Assembly: GCA_965247115.1 (NCBI GenBank)
Contig: CBDFGR010000002.1
Coordinates: 864,001-928,000, forward strand
DNA: 64,000 nt
From: Myxococcota bacterium
Lineage (GTDB): Bacteria > Myxococcota_A > UBA9160 > SZUA-336
Reading direction: 5' to 3'
Numbering within the stretch: position 1 is the stretch's first letter; the number at the start of each line of letters is the position of its first letter. This document shows positions 55,346 to 64,000 of the stretch, one piece after another. The notes below the pieces were generated by a model. It saw only the letters and a program-made list of their open reading frames with translations, was not told where the DNA came from and made no database searches. The position numbers were made by a program, and so were the translations under genes.

Positions 55346-55475
55346 GCGCCCGATCATACGGGTCGGGCGCCTCTCGCACCAAGTAGGTCCGACGGACGCG
55401 GAACTGCAGCTCCAGAAGCCGCCCCGCGGTGTCCGGGTCTTGAAACACGCGGGGGTGACGCGAGCGCCGAGCGAC

Positions 55476-55504
55476 TTGCACGTCGCGTGACCGGCGGGGA
55501 CAAT
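55476..55504 (+). promoter_or_regulatory. Putative sigma70 promoter for the GFA gene
   Basis: TTGCAC-N17-GACAAT upstream of the AGGAGG RBS and ATG 55533. Confidence 0.45.
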
Positions 55505-55532
55505 GGCCACTTCTCGAATAGGAGGACCTTGG

Positions 55533-55964
55533 ATGAGCGACTCATCGCGCACAAGCGGCTGCGCCTGCGGCGCAGTACAGATCGAGATTAGTGGCGAGCC
55601 CACGGCCATCGCCTACTGCCACTGCGACTCGTGCCGCAGCTGGCTCGGGGCGCCGATCCACGTTGCCAGCCTCTGGTCGACGCCGAACGTGCGCGTCGTG
55701 AAGGGGGAGGAGCGGCTTGGACTGTACAAGCGGACCGAGGCGAGTCACCGGCAGTTCTGCACGTCGTGCGGCACACCTGTGCTCGTCAGGCACCCGGCCA
55801 TCGATCTGACCGATGTGCCCGCAGGCTCGATCGAGGGTCTGGCCGACAAGCCGACGCTGCACGTCAACTACGGCGAGAAGGTTCTCTCAGTCCGCGACGG
55901 TCTGCCCAAGTTCAAGGACTTCCCCAAGGACTTCGGCGGCTCGGGCGACACCCTGCCCGAGTAG
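55533..55964 (+). CDS. GFA (glutathione-dependent formaldehyde-activating enzyme) family protein
   Basis: GCACGAV, CHCDSCR, RQFCTSCG. Confidence 0.92.
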   Translation: MSDSSRTSGCACGAVQIEISGEPTAIAYCHCDSCRSWLGAPIHVASLWSTPNVRVVKGEERLGLYKRTEASHRQFCTSCGTPVLVRHPAIDLTDVPAGSIEGLADKPTLHVNYGEKVLSVRDGLPKFKDFPKDFGGSGDTLPE

Positions 55965-56003
55965 GGCGAAGCGCGTCGCCGACGACGCAGCGGATCGGTT
56001 CCA

Positions 56004-57458
56004 TCAGACCTGCATGGCCGCGAGCTCTTGCTCGGCCTCCTTCTCGAGGATCGTTCCCTTGAAGAAGTCGGGATTTGGCGCGGCGTAGAGCTGCAGCGCG
56101 TGACCGAAGGCGAAGCGGCGGAAGTCCTCGGGAGTGATCAGCTCCTTCTCCACCAGCTCGTACGCTTCCGCCGCGGACTCCGTCATGTCCGTGACGTCCC
56201 AGTGCCCTAGATCGAAGCTCATGATCGCGCGCAGCTGGGACCCGAAGGGATTGAGCTTGCGGTCGAACGCGATCGCCGCGTGCGGGTCGTCTGCCTCGCA
56301 GCCAAAGTAGAAGTGCGAAATGAAGAGGTCCCGAATATCTTCGGCGCTCTCAATCTCCATCGGCGCGAAGTCGTCTCGCAGCGACGGATCGAGCTCCACC
56401 GGCCCTACCGCCAGGCCTCCTTCGAGCTGGTCGAGCTTGCTCCGGGTCGCCTCGTCTCCGTAGCGTTCGAACAGCTCGCGCGCGAGTGCGAGATCCAGGT
56501 TCGCAGGATCCAGGTTCTCCTGGCTGGCCAGGCTGCGCTTGTTCCAGCGTCCCAGAATGTCGGCGTAGAGGCGCGAGCCATTCACGACGCCTCCTTCGAG
56601 GAACGCCACGCGCAGCTTCGGGAAGCGTCGCGTGACGCCACCCATCAGGAGCGACTTGCACAGGACCTCGCCGGCGGCGGCGAAATGGCCCATGTGGTTG
56701 TACATGTAGGTGGAGATCGAGCGGCGATCGTCGAAGCCCATGCCGGACGAGTGCGCGGCGACCGCAAAGCCGAGCTCCTCGCACTTCGCCCAGAAGGGGT
56801 CGTAGTCGTACTCGCTGTCGATCGCGTAGCTATCGAGCCAGGTCACGCGCCGTGCGAGCTCGGGGTACTTCTCTGCGATCCCGGGCACCGGACGTCTCAC
56901 ATAGGCGGGAATCATCGCGACCTTCAACCCGAGGGCCTTGGCGTGCTCGAGCTCCCTCATCCCTTCCTCCGGGGTGTTCAGCGGGACCGCCGCGGCCACT
57001 GTCATGCGGTCGCCGTACTCGGCGTAGGAGGCGGCGGTAAACTCGTTGAAGGCGTGGCAGGCCAGGCGACGAAACTCTTCGTCCCTGATGTGGGGGAAGC
57101 CCAGACCTACCGTCGGGTAGAGCACCGCGAAGTCGAGCCCGAGCTCGTCCATCCGCTCGTGGTAGAGCTTCGGCAGCATCGAGGTGGCCCGGTCCAGCGT
57201 GTTCTTGGTCGGTAGCGCCCACCATGGGGGGCGTGTGGTGCGGTCGCGACGCCGCTCGTCCCAGCTCATCTGGTACCAGTCCTTGCGCCCACTGCGCGCG
57301 CCTCCACCGAAGCGTTCCACGGCCGCGCTGCCCCCAGCCTCCTTCAGGTAGTCGAGAAAGACCGGCGTGAACTCCACGATATGGGAGTCGCCGTCGATCA
57401 GGGGATGGTTCAGTCTGGCCCGAAGCTCGGCCGCCCGCGATGAGACTCCGTTCGCCAT
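56004..57458 (-). CDS. Amidohydrolase family protein
   Basis: IDGDSH, LDFAVLYPT, GGVTRRFPKLRVAFLEGG, YFGCEADD, DLGHWD; AGGAG RBS. Confidence 0.88.
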   Translation of the reverse strand: MANGVSSRAAELRARLNHPLIDGDSHIVEFTPVFLDYLKEAGGSAAVERFGGGARSGRKDWYQMSWDERRRDRTTRPPWWALPTKNTLDRATSMLPKLYHERMDELGLDFAVLYPTVGLGFPHIRDEEFRRLACHAFNEFTAASYAEYGDRMTVAAAVPLNTPEEGMRELEHAKALGLKVAMIPAYVRRPVPGIAEKYPELARRVTWLDSYAIDSEYDYDPFWAKCEELGFAVAAHSSGMGFDDRRSISTYMYNHMGHFAAAGEVLCKSLLMGGVTRRFPKLRVAFLEGGVVNGSRLYADILGRWNKRSLASQENLDPANLDLALARELFERYGDEATRSKLDQLEGGLAVGPVELDPSLRDDFAPMEIESAEDIRDLFISHFYFGCEADDPHAAIAFDRKLNPFGSQLRAIMSFDLGHWDVTDMTESAAEAYELVEKELITPEDFRRFAFGHALQLYAAPNPDFFKGTILEKEAEQELAAMQV

Positions 57459-57524
57459 CTTCACTCCTCCCGCTGGTTGGAGCCACACTATACTCTGTGC
57501 CGAGTCGATTCCGAGGAGAGAGAC

Positions 57525-58112
57525 GTGACCCTAGCCAGCGAGAGGAACGCTGCAATCGCGGGAACGGTGGCCCGAATTCGTCGCCTGGAGAAGGACCCCG
57601 GCATCACCCGCACCGGAGTAGAAGCGATCCGGGAGGCGCTCCTGGAGCTCGCCGCGCGGGAAGAGCTCTTCCCCCCGGAGACCTTCCTGCACTCCGACCC
57701 GGCGACGGCACCGAGCTTGCGCCTCTATCGCCTGTCCGAGGACCCGGATCATCGCTTTGCGCTCTACGCCAACGTCTCGGGCGGGGTCGTCGTCGACAGC
57801 CCACCCCACAACCACGCGACCTGGGCGGTCGTCGTCGGCATGCGCGGGGAGGAGACCAACCGTTTCTACAAGCGAACGGACGACGGGGGTATCGAGCAGG
57901 TCGGTGAGGTGTGCGTGAGCCGCGGGACCGGGGTGGCGATGCTCCCGGACGACCTGCATTCCATCCACATCCGAGGCGACGAGCCCGTGCTGAACTTCCA
58001 CATGTACGGGCGTGGCCTGGAGCAGCTGCACGAGCGACGCTACTTCGACGCGACGGATCGCTCCTGGCTCCCGTTCCCTGCGCTCCGAGAGATCTCCGAC
58101 CTGGACACGTGA
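57525..58112 (+). CDS. Cysteine/thiol dioxygenase-like cupin
   Basis: SPPHNHATWAVVVG..GEE.N..Y, LPDDLHSIH, FHMYG; GAGGAG before GTG. Confidence 0.82.
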   Translation: MTLASERNAAIAGTVARIRRLEKDPGITRTGVEAIREALLELAAREELFPPETFLHSDPATAPSLRLYRLSEDPDHRFALYANVSGGVVVDSPPHNHATWAVVVGMRGEETNRFYKRTDDGGIEQVGEVCVSRGTGVAMLPDDLHSIHIRGDEPVLNFHMYGRGLEQLHERRYFDATDRSWLPFPALREISDLDT

Positions 58113-58115
58113 TCC

Positions 58116-59720
58116 GTGCCGGATTGGGTCAGCCCGCGGCAGCTCGAGCAGTGGCTCCGCGACGGGGACGAGCTCGCCCTGCTCGACGTCCGTGAGCAGG
58201 GGGCGTTCGCCACGGGTCACCTGCTGCTGGCCGCGTGCCTACCGCTGAGCCGACTGGAGCTCGAGGTGGATCGGCTCGTCCCCCGCCGGGGCACGAGGAT
58301 CGCGCTGTGCGACGCGGGCGAGGCGGGCTGCGAGCTCGCCCGCACGGCGGCCGGGCGACTCGTCGAGCTGGGCTTTCGGGAGCCCCACGTTCTGGAACGC
58401 GGCACGGGGGGCTGGCGAAACGCCGGCCACGAGCTCTACACGGGCATCAACGTTCCCAGCAAGGCCTTCGGGGAGCTCGTGGAGCAGCGCTGCGACACCC
58501 CGAAGCTCAGTGCGACCGAGCTCCGAGCGCGCCTGGACCGGGGCGAGAAGATCGCGATCCTCGACTCCCGGCCGCTGGACGAGTACCGGCGCATGTGCAT
58601 CCCGGGGGGAATCGACGTTCCCGGTGCCGAGCTGGTGTATCGCGTTTACGACCTCGTGCCCGATCCGGAGACGCTGGTAGTGGTGAACTGCGCGGGCCGG
58701 ACACGCAGCATCATCGGAGCTCAGTCTCTCATCAATGCGGGCGTGGAGCGGCGCATCGCCGCGCTGGAAAACGGCACGATGGGATGGAGGCTCGCGGGGT
58801 ACGAGCTAGAGCACGGCCAGGAACGGCGCGCTCCCGAGCCGTCCGACGCCGGCTTGCGCAGCGCGCGCAGCGCCGCCCAACGCGTGGCGCGAGCGCTCGG
58901 AGTCAACACCATCGAGCGTGGCGAGCTGGACCGCATGCTCGGCGAGACGGAGCAGCGCACGCTGTACGTGCTCGACGTGCGCTCACCGGAGGAGTTCGAG
59001 GGCGGCCACCTGCCAAGCTCGCGCAGCGCCCCCGGTGGCCAGCTCGTCCAGGCCACGGACGAGTACGTCGCCACGCGCAACGCGCGCATCGTGCTCGTCG
59101 ACGACACGGAAGTGCGTGCCACGATGACCGCGTCGTGGCTGCTCCAGCTCGGCTGGCGCGACGTATGGGTGCTTCGAAACGCGCTCGCAGGTGTCGAGCT
59201 CACGCGCGATGACGCGAAGACTGCCCCGCCCTCGCGCCGGGTGGCGGAGACGCTCTCGCCGGCAGAGCTCCACCGCGCAATCGAGGGCGGCGAGCCGTTC
59301 GTCGTGGTCGACCTCGCTAGCAGCGAGGAGTTTCGCGCGGCCCACGTTCCTGGGGCGTGGTGGGGAGTGCGCGCGCGGCTGCGGAGCTGTCTGGAACGCC
59401 TTCCGACGGCGGAGGGCCTGGTCCTGACCTCGCCCGACGAGAGGCTCGCGCAGCTCGCCGCAGGAGATCTCGGCGAGCACGACAACGTCCGGGTGCTCGC
59501 CGGGGGCACGAACGCCTGGCAGGCCGCAGACCTGCCGACCGAGCAGGGACTGGAGAGGGCAGCAACCGAGGTCGACGACGTGTGGTTTCGACCCTACCAG
59601 CAGCGAGGTGCGATCGAACGCTGGATGCGGGAGTACCTGACCTGGGAGGTGGGTTTGGTCGAGCAGCTGGAGCGCGACGCCGAGGCACCCTTTCGCCCGC
59701 ACGTGCAGGTGCTCCGTTGA
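58116..59720 (+). CDS. Multi-domain rhodanese-related sulfurtransferase
   Basis: Four rhodanese-like repeats (LLDVRE, LDSRP, LDVRS, VVDL), NVPSKAFGELVE, VNCAGRTRSIIG, YLTWEVGLVEQL. Confidence 0.88.
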   Translation: MPDWVSPRQLEQWLRDGDELALLDVREQGAFATGHLLLAACLPLSRLELEVDRLVPRRGTRIALCDAGEAGCELARTAAGRLVELGFREPHVLERGTGGWRNAGHELYTGINVPSKAFGELVEQRCDTPKLSATELRARLDRGEKIAILDSRPLDEYRRMCIPGGIDVPGAELVYRVYDLVPDPETLVVVNCAGRTRSIIGAQSLINAGVERRIAALENGTMGWRLAGYELEHGQERRAPEPSDAGLRSARSAAQRVARALGVNTIERGELDRMLGETEQRTLYVLDVRSPEEFEGGHLPSSRSAPGGQLVQATDEYVATRNARIVLVDDTEVRATMTASWLLQLGWRDVWVLRNALAGVELTRDDAKTAPPSRRVAETLSPAELHRAIEGGEPFVVVDLASSEEFRAAHVPGAWWGVRARLRSCLERLPTAEGLVLTSPDERLAQLAAGDLGEHDNVRVLAGGTNAWQAADLPTEQGLERAATEVDDVWFRPYQQRGAIERWMREYLTWEVGLVEQLERDAEAPFRPHVQVLR

Positions 59721-59775
59721 GTTGGGGTAGGATGGTTCGCAACCAGGCTGCGGAGCACACAGAGGAGCCCCCATC

Positions 59776-61023
59776 ATGACGATGAATGTGAACCCCATCC
59801 CGACGCTGGACGACCGGGTCAACCAGATTCGAATGGCCACGGCGGCGATCGTCAACACCGACATCCTCCCGAACGAGGGCAAGCTCTGGGCCGGGCGTCG
59901 GGGTGAGGCGACCAAGGAGGCCCGCCAACAGGCGCGTGAGCTCCGGCAGCAGATCCAGGACAAGGTCAAGAAGTCGGGACTGTGGGCGCCGCATCTCCCG
60001 GAGGAGTACGGCGGCATGGGCCTCGATTTCCTGCCCCACGCCTACATGAACGAGGTCCTGGCGTACAGCGTGGGCGCCGCGTCGCTTTTCGGTGTGGTGG
60101 CTCCGAATTCCGGCAACCAAAAGATCCTGGTCAAGTACGGCACGAAGGAGCAGAAGAAGAAGTGGCTGCTCCCCCTCGTCGAGGGCACCATGCAGTCGGG
60201 CTTCTCGATGACCGAGCCGGAGAACGCAGGCTCGGACCCGCGCTCGATCCAGACGACGGCCAAGCGCGAGGGCGACGAATGGGTGATCAACGGCCACAAG
60301 TGGTTCACGTCGAACGGGTTTGCCGCGGACTTCCTGATCGTGATGTGCCGGACCGAGGAGGCGAGCACCCGGGGCGAGGTGAACGCCAAGATGACGCAGA
60401 TCATCGTCCCGACCGATACGCCCGGGCTCAACATCGTGCGCGGCGTGGAGGTTTGGGGGCGATCGAGCGACCACTGCGAGATCATCTACGACAACGTGCG
60501 CGTGCCGGCCGAGAACCAGCTCGGCGCCACCGGCTCAGGCCACGCGGCCGCGCAGGATCGCCTGGGAGCCGGGCGCGTCTACCACTGCATGAACTCCGTC
60601 GGCCAGATGTGGCGAGCCTTCAACCTGATGCTGGAGCGCACCATGACCCGGGAGGTGCATGGCGGGCTACTCGAGACCAAGCAGTTCATCCAGGGCTTCA
60701 TCGCCGACTCCTACATCGACATCCAGACAGCGCGCCTGATGACGATCCACTGCGCCGAAAAGATCGACAGCGGGATCGATCCCAGAACCGACATCTCCGC
60801 GCTCAAGATCTACGTGCCGGAGGCGTATCACCGGGTAGTCGACCGCGCCATACAGGTCTGGGGCGCGGCGGGTGTCTCCGGAGATTTGCCGCTGGCTGGG
60901 ATGTACATGGGAGCGCGAACGCTCCGGATCGCGGATGGGCCGGACGAGGTGCACAAGATCCTGATCGCGAAGAACATCCTCAGGCAGTACCACGCCGGCG
61001 AATCTCTGGATTTCGGCAACTGA
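59776..61023 (+). CDS. Acyl-CoA dehydrogenase
   Basis: FSMTEPENAGSD, INGHKWFTS, AIQVWGAAGVS, RIADGPDEVH. Confidence 0.94.
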   Translation: MTMNVNPIPTLDDRVNQIRMATAAIVNTDILPNEGKLWAGRRGEATKEARQQARELRQQIQDKVKKSGLWAPHLPEEYGGMGLDFLPHAYMNEVLAYSVGAASLFGVVAPNSGNQKILVKYGTKEQKKKWLLPLVEGTMQSGFSMTEPENAGSDPRSIQTTAKREGDEWVINGHKWFTSNGFAADFLIVMCRTEEASTRGEVNAKMTQIIVPTDTPGLNIVRGVEVWGRSSDHCEIIYDNVRVPAENQLGATGSGHAAAQDRLGAGRVYHCMNSVGQMWRAFNLMLERTMTREVHGGLLETKQFIQGFIADSYIDIQTARLMTIHCAEKIDSGIDPRTDISALKIYVPEAYHRVVDRAIQVWGAAGVSGDLPLAGMYMGARTLRIADGPDEVHKILIAKNILRQYHAGESLDFGN

Positions 61024-61026
61024 TCC

Positions 61027-61692
61027 ATGGACGTCTACGAGGCTCTCTACACGACGCGCGCCATGCGGCGCGTGAAGCCCGACCCCGTGCCCGCGAACGT
61101 GCAGCGTCGCATCCTGGACGCAGCCATCCGCGCTCCCACCGGCGGGAACGCCCAGAGCTGGCGCTTCCTCCTGGTGGATGCCCCGGAGGTCAAGGGACGG
61201 CTGGGACCGATCTACCGAGCCTGTCTCGAGCAGCTCTTCGACAACGTGTACAAGGCGCAGATCGAGGCGGCGGAGGCTGACCCGACCAAGCCCGCCAGCG
61301 TCGAGTTTCGCAAGATGGTTCGATCGGCCAGGTACCTCGCGCAGAACTTCGAGAAGTGCCCGCTCTTGCTGTTCGCGTTCTCGAAGTTCGACAGCAGCGG
61401 AGGCTCGATCTTTCCCGCCGTGTGGAGCGCGATGCTCGCGGCTCGCGCCGAAGGTGTGGGAAGCGCGTTGACCAGCCTGCTCGCGCTGCGGAGCGATGAG
61501 ACCCAAGAGGTCCTGGGTGTGCCCGAGACTGAGGATTGGCAGATGGTCTGCTGTGTGACCATGGGCTACCCGACGGGTCGCTGGGACGTGGCTCCGCGCA
61601 AGCCTGCGGACAGTGTCGCCTTCCGCAACCAGTGGGGAGGCAACCTGGAGCTCGAGATCCCCGAACCGCTGTGGCCGGCAGATCACGCTTGA
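61027..61692 (+). CDS. Nitroreductase family protein
   Basis: YTTRAMRR, RAPTGGNAQSWRF, MLAARAEGVGS. Confidence 0.9.
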   Translation: MDVYEALYTTRAMRRVKPDPVPANVQRRILDAAIRAPTGGNAQSWRFLLVDAPEVKGRLGPIYRACLEQLFDNVYKAQIEAAEADPTKPASVEFRKMVRSARYLAQNFEKCPLLLFAFSKFDSSGGSIFPAVWSAMLAARAEGVGSALTSLLALRSDETQEVLGVPETEDWQMVCCVTMGYPTGRWDVAPRKPADSVAFRNQWGGNLELEIPEPLWPADHA

Positions 61693-61720
61693 AACTCGAA
61701 CCGGACTGGACCGAGGCGAG

Positions 61721-62299
61721 CTACCGTGGCTCGCGGCCCATTGAGTAGAACTCGTCGTTGGGACGCATGGAAATAAAGTTGGCCATGCGGTTGCTCAGGG
61801 CGAAGAACGCGGTGATCCCGGCGATGTCCCAGATGTCTTCGTCGCTGAAGCCGTGCTCGCGCAAGGTCTGAAAGTCGTGATCGCCGATGGATCGGGCGTC
61901 CTTTGAAACCTTCATGGCGAAGGTCAGCATGGCTTTCTCGCGCTCGCTGATATCGGCCTTGAGGTAGTTCGTCGCGACCTGATCGGCGGCGAGGGGGTTC
62001 TTGGCGCGGATGCGCAGGATGGCCCCGTGGGCGACCACGCAGTAGAGGCAGTCGTTGTCGCTGGACGTGGCGACGACGATCATCTCGCGCTCCGCCTTGG
62101 AAAGGCCGCTTTCCTTCTCCATCAATGCGTCGTGATAGGCAAAGAAGGCACGGAACTCCTCCGGGCGATGAGCCAGGGTCAAAAACACATTGGGCACGAA
62201 GCCGGACTTCTCCTCTACGGCGAGAATCCTCTCCACGATGTCTCCTGGCAGGTCATCCATGTCCGGCACGGGGTAGCGGCTGATTGGCGCTGCACTCAC
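61721..62299 (-). CDS. AhpD-like peroxidase-related enzyme (carboxymuconolactone decarboxylase family)
   Basis: GFVPNVF, LSKAEREMIVVATS..NDCLYCVVAHGA, FFALSNRMAN; true start is GTG 62299, not the start of the 633-aa ORF. Confidence 0.92.
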   Translation of the reverse strand: MSAAPISRYPVPDMDDLPGDIVERILAVEEKSGFVPNVFLTLAHRPEEFRAFFAYHDALMEKESGLSKAEREMIVVATSSDNDCLYCVVAHGAILRIRAKNPLAADQVATNYLKADISEREKAMLTFAMKVSKDARSIGDHDFQTLREHGFSDEDIWDIAGITAFFALSNRMANFISMRPNDEFYSMGREPR

Positions 62300-62461
62300 T
62301 TCCAGGGTCCCCTCATCGTTTCGAACAGTGGAGCTTGCTCCGAGCGTACAACGGCTCGGGGGACGGTGGCCAGGTCCGCCGAGGTTTGACGTGGAGTTTC
62401 TCTCCGGATGCTCCGGATCCGGAGCGCCCCAGGAGCTAGACTGGCCGCCTGGAGCAAATGA

Positions 62462-63223
62462 ATGGCCGATCTGCAGCAGTCGTGTGTCCTCATCACCGGC
62501 GCCACCTCCGGCTTCGGAGAGGCAACAGCCCGGCTCTTTGGCAGCGCCGGGGCGCGCGTCGTCATCTCCGGCCGCAGGAGCGATCGGCTCGAGAAGCTCG
62601 CAGCTGAGCTCGGGGGCAAAGCCCACGCCGTACCACTCGACGTGCGCGACCGAGCTGCCGTGTTCCGTGCGGTGGAGGAGCTGCCGCCAGAGTTCGCGGA
62701 GATCAGCATCCTCGTGAACAACGCGGGCCTCGCGGTCGGCCTCGGCCCGGCCCAGGACGTCGATCTGGACGACTGGGAGGCAATGGTCGACACCAACATC
62801 AAGGGTCTGCTGTACTGCTCGCGCGCGGTCCTGCCCGGCATGGTGGCGCGAGACCACGGACACATCATCAATCTGGGGTCGGTGGCTGGAACCTATCCCT
62901 ACCCCGGGGGGAACGTCTACGGCGCAAGCAAGGCCTTCGTCCGCCACTTTTCGCTCGAGCTGCGCGCGGACCTCTTGGGGCACAACGTGCGCGTGACGAG
63001 CATCGAGCCCGGACTGGCCGAGACCGAGTTCTCGCTCGTCCGCTTCAAGGGGGATGCCGAAAAAGCGAAAGCGGTCTACTCCGGAGTGCAGTCCATCACT
63101 CCAGAGGATGTCGCTGCGACGATCCACTTCGTCGCGACCCTGCCGCCCCACGTCAACGTGAACTCGATCGAGCTCATGGCGACGATGCAGGCCTTCTCGT
63201 CCTTCGCGATCCACCGCACCTGA
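62462..63223 (+). CDS. SDR oxidoreductase, YdfG-like NADP-dependent 3-hydroxy acid dehydrogenase
   Basis: TGATSGFG, NNAGLAVG, YPGGNVYGASKAFV, IEPGLAETEFS, LPPHVNVN. Confidence 0.9.
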   Translation: MADLQQSCVLITGATSGFGEATARLFGSAGARVVISGRRSDRLEKLAAELGGKAHAVPLDVRDRAAVFRAVEELPPEFAEISILVNNAGLAVGLGPAQDVDLDDWEAMVDTNIKGLLYCSRAVLPGMVARDHGHIINLGSVAGTYPYPGGNVYGASKAFVRHFSLELRADLLGHNVRVTSIEPGLAETEFSLVRFKGDAEKAKAVYSGVQSITPEDVAATIHFVATLPPHVNVNSIELMATMQAFSSFAIHRT

Positions 63224-63254
63224 GCGGGGGCTGGACCGTTTTGGAGGAGCGCTT

Positions 63255-63683
63255 CTACTTCGGCTTGTCGCGGCGCACCCAGCGACTCGTGCTGCTGACG
63301 TCCTCGATCGGCTCGCCGGATTCCTGCCAGCCCCCGAAGCCCGGCTCCAGGTGCGCCACGTCCGCAAAGCCCATGTCCTGGAGCGCCTTGGCCGCCAGCG
63401 CGGAGCGCCCGCCGGCCGCACAGAAGAGAATGGTGCGCCGACCCTGCTGAAACCAGTCGCGGAAGTAGGGGCTGGCCGGGTCGGCCCAGAACTCCAGCAT
63501 GCCGCGCGGTACGTGCTTCGAGCCCGGGATGGTGCCCAGATCCACGCGTTCCTGCAGCTCCCGGATGTCGGCAAGCAGGACGTCGGCGTCGCCCCTGAGC
63601 TCCTTCGACAGCCTCTCGACACTCAGGTTCTCGATCTCCGCCTTCGCCGCATCCACGGCATCGAAGATGGGCTTGATGGCCAC
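63255..63683 (-). CDS. Single-domain rhodanese-like protein
   Basis: DIRE..E...GTIPGS.HVPRGMLEFWAD, FCAAGGRSALA; GGAGGAG before GTG 63683. Confidence 0.9.
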   Translation of the reverse strand: MAIKPIFDAVDAAKAEIENLSVERLSKELRGDADVLLADIRELQERVDLGTIPGSKHVPRGMLEFWADPASPYFRDWFQQGRRTILFCAAGGRSALAAKALQDMGFADVAHLEPGFGGWQESGEPIEDVSSTSRWVRRDKPK

Positions 63684-63747
63684 GATGGCTCCTCCCCGCT
63701 GTTCCCCGTCGGATGCTGTCACACGGAGGCCGCGCCGGGCAAGCCGA

Positions 63748-64000
63748 TCAGGCCCGACCCGTGACCAGGAACTGCGGCAAGATCGCCAGATAGGTCTGCT
63801 CGACGATGGCCTTCTCGATATCTGCCGCGAGGGCTTCGAGCTCCGTCTCGTCGACACGTCCCGAGGCACGCGCGTAGGTGCGCATGTTTGCGAGTACGGG
63901 ACGCATGTGACCCTCGGTATCCGCGTTCGCGCGGATTTGGATTCCGACCTCTCGAAAACCCGCCCGGCGGAACAGACCGTACAGGCTCCTACCGATCAGC
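63748..64000 (-). CDS. C-terminal fragment of a probable class I SAM methyltransferase (5' end outside the window)
   Basis: Manual translation LIGRSLYGLFRRAGFREV...QFLVTGRA*; the IGRxL..LF..AGF pattern is typical of UbiE-like methyltransferase C-termini. Confidence 0.6.
   Translation of the reverse strand, partial: LIGRSLYGLFRRAGFREVGIQIRANADTEGHMRPVLANMRTYARASGRVDETELEALAADIEKAIVEQTYLAILPQFLVTGRA

Noticed and set aside
61721..63622. 633-aa ORF suggesting a large AhpD fusion
   Set aside because: Only the last ~192 aa are AhpD-like; the rest is open frame overlapping the SDR (antisense) and the rhodanese gene (other frame).
1..64000. Genome-wide stop-codon reassignment (UGA or UAG) as explanation for the internal stops
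   Set aside because: Many intact genes here end in TGA or TAG at their expected family C-termini, so any recoding must be site-specific.
1..64000. tRNA (including tRNA-Sec), rRNA, cobalamin riboswitch, IS/integrase or phage genes
   Set aside because: None recognisable by eye in the short intergenic regions; a covariance-model scan would be needed to exclude small RNAs.

Overview
High-GC bacterial chromosomal segment (roughly mid-60s % GC by eye) packed with about 60 genes for catabolic and redox enzymes. These include amidohydrolases, SDRs, two PQQ-type dehydrogenases, several LLM/F420-type oxidoreductases, a P450, a hydantoinase/oxoprolinase AB pair and two heterodimeric class III CoA-transferase pairs. 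I found no rRNA, tRNA, CRISPR array, IS element or prophage. Highlights: (1) A gene absent from the ORF track (36960-37472, minus) encodes a 170-aa AhpC/TSA-like redoxin with two in-frame UGA codons exactly at the CxxC positions (W-U-P-K-U), followed by a SECIS-like hairpin, making it a candidate double-selenocysteine (UxxU) protein. (2) A stand-alone NpRdhA-type catabolic reductive dehalogenase. (3) A tandem pair of QueG/RdhA-fold Fe-S proteins plus a small HTH-like protein downstream of a MenA-like gene, possibly an undescribed cobamide-dependent heteromeric reductase. (4) A head-to-head pair of paralogous secreted subtilases, one carrying a TonB-receptor plug-like domain, linked to an M48-TPR peptidase. 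(5) Several gene lesions (one amber codon, internal deletions, a gene stub) that indicate gene decay or assembly error. All product calls come from motif recognition by eye; no searches were run.
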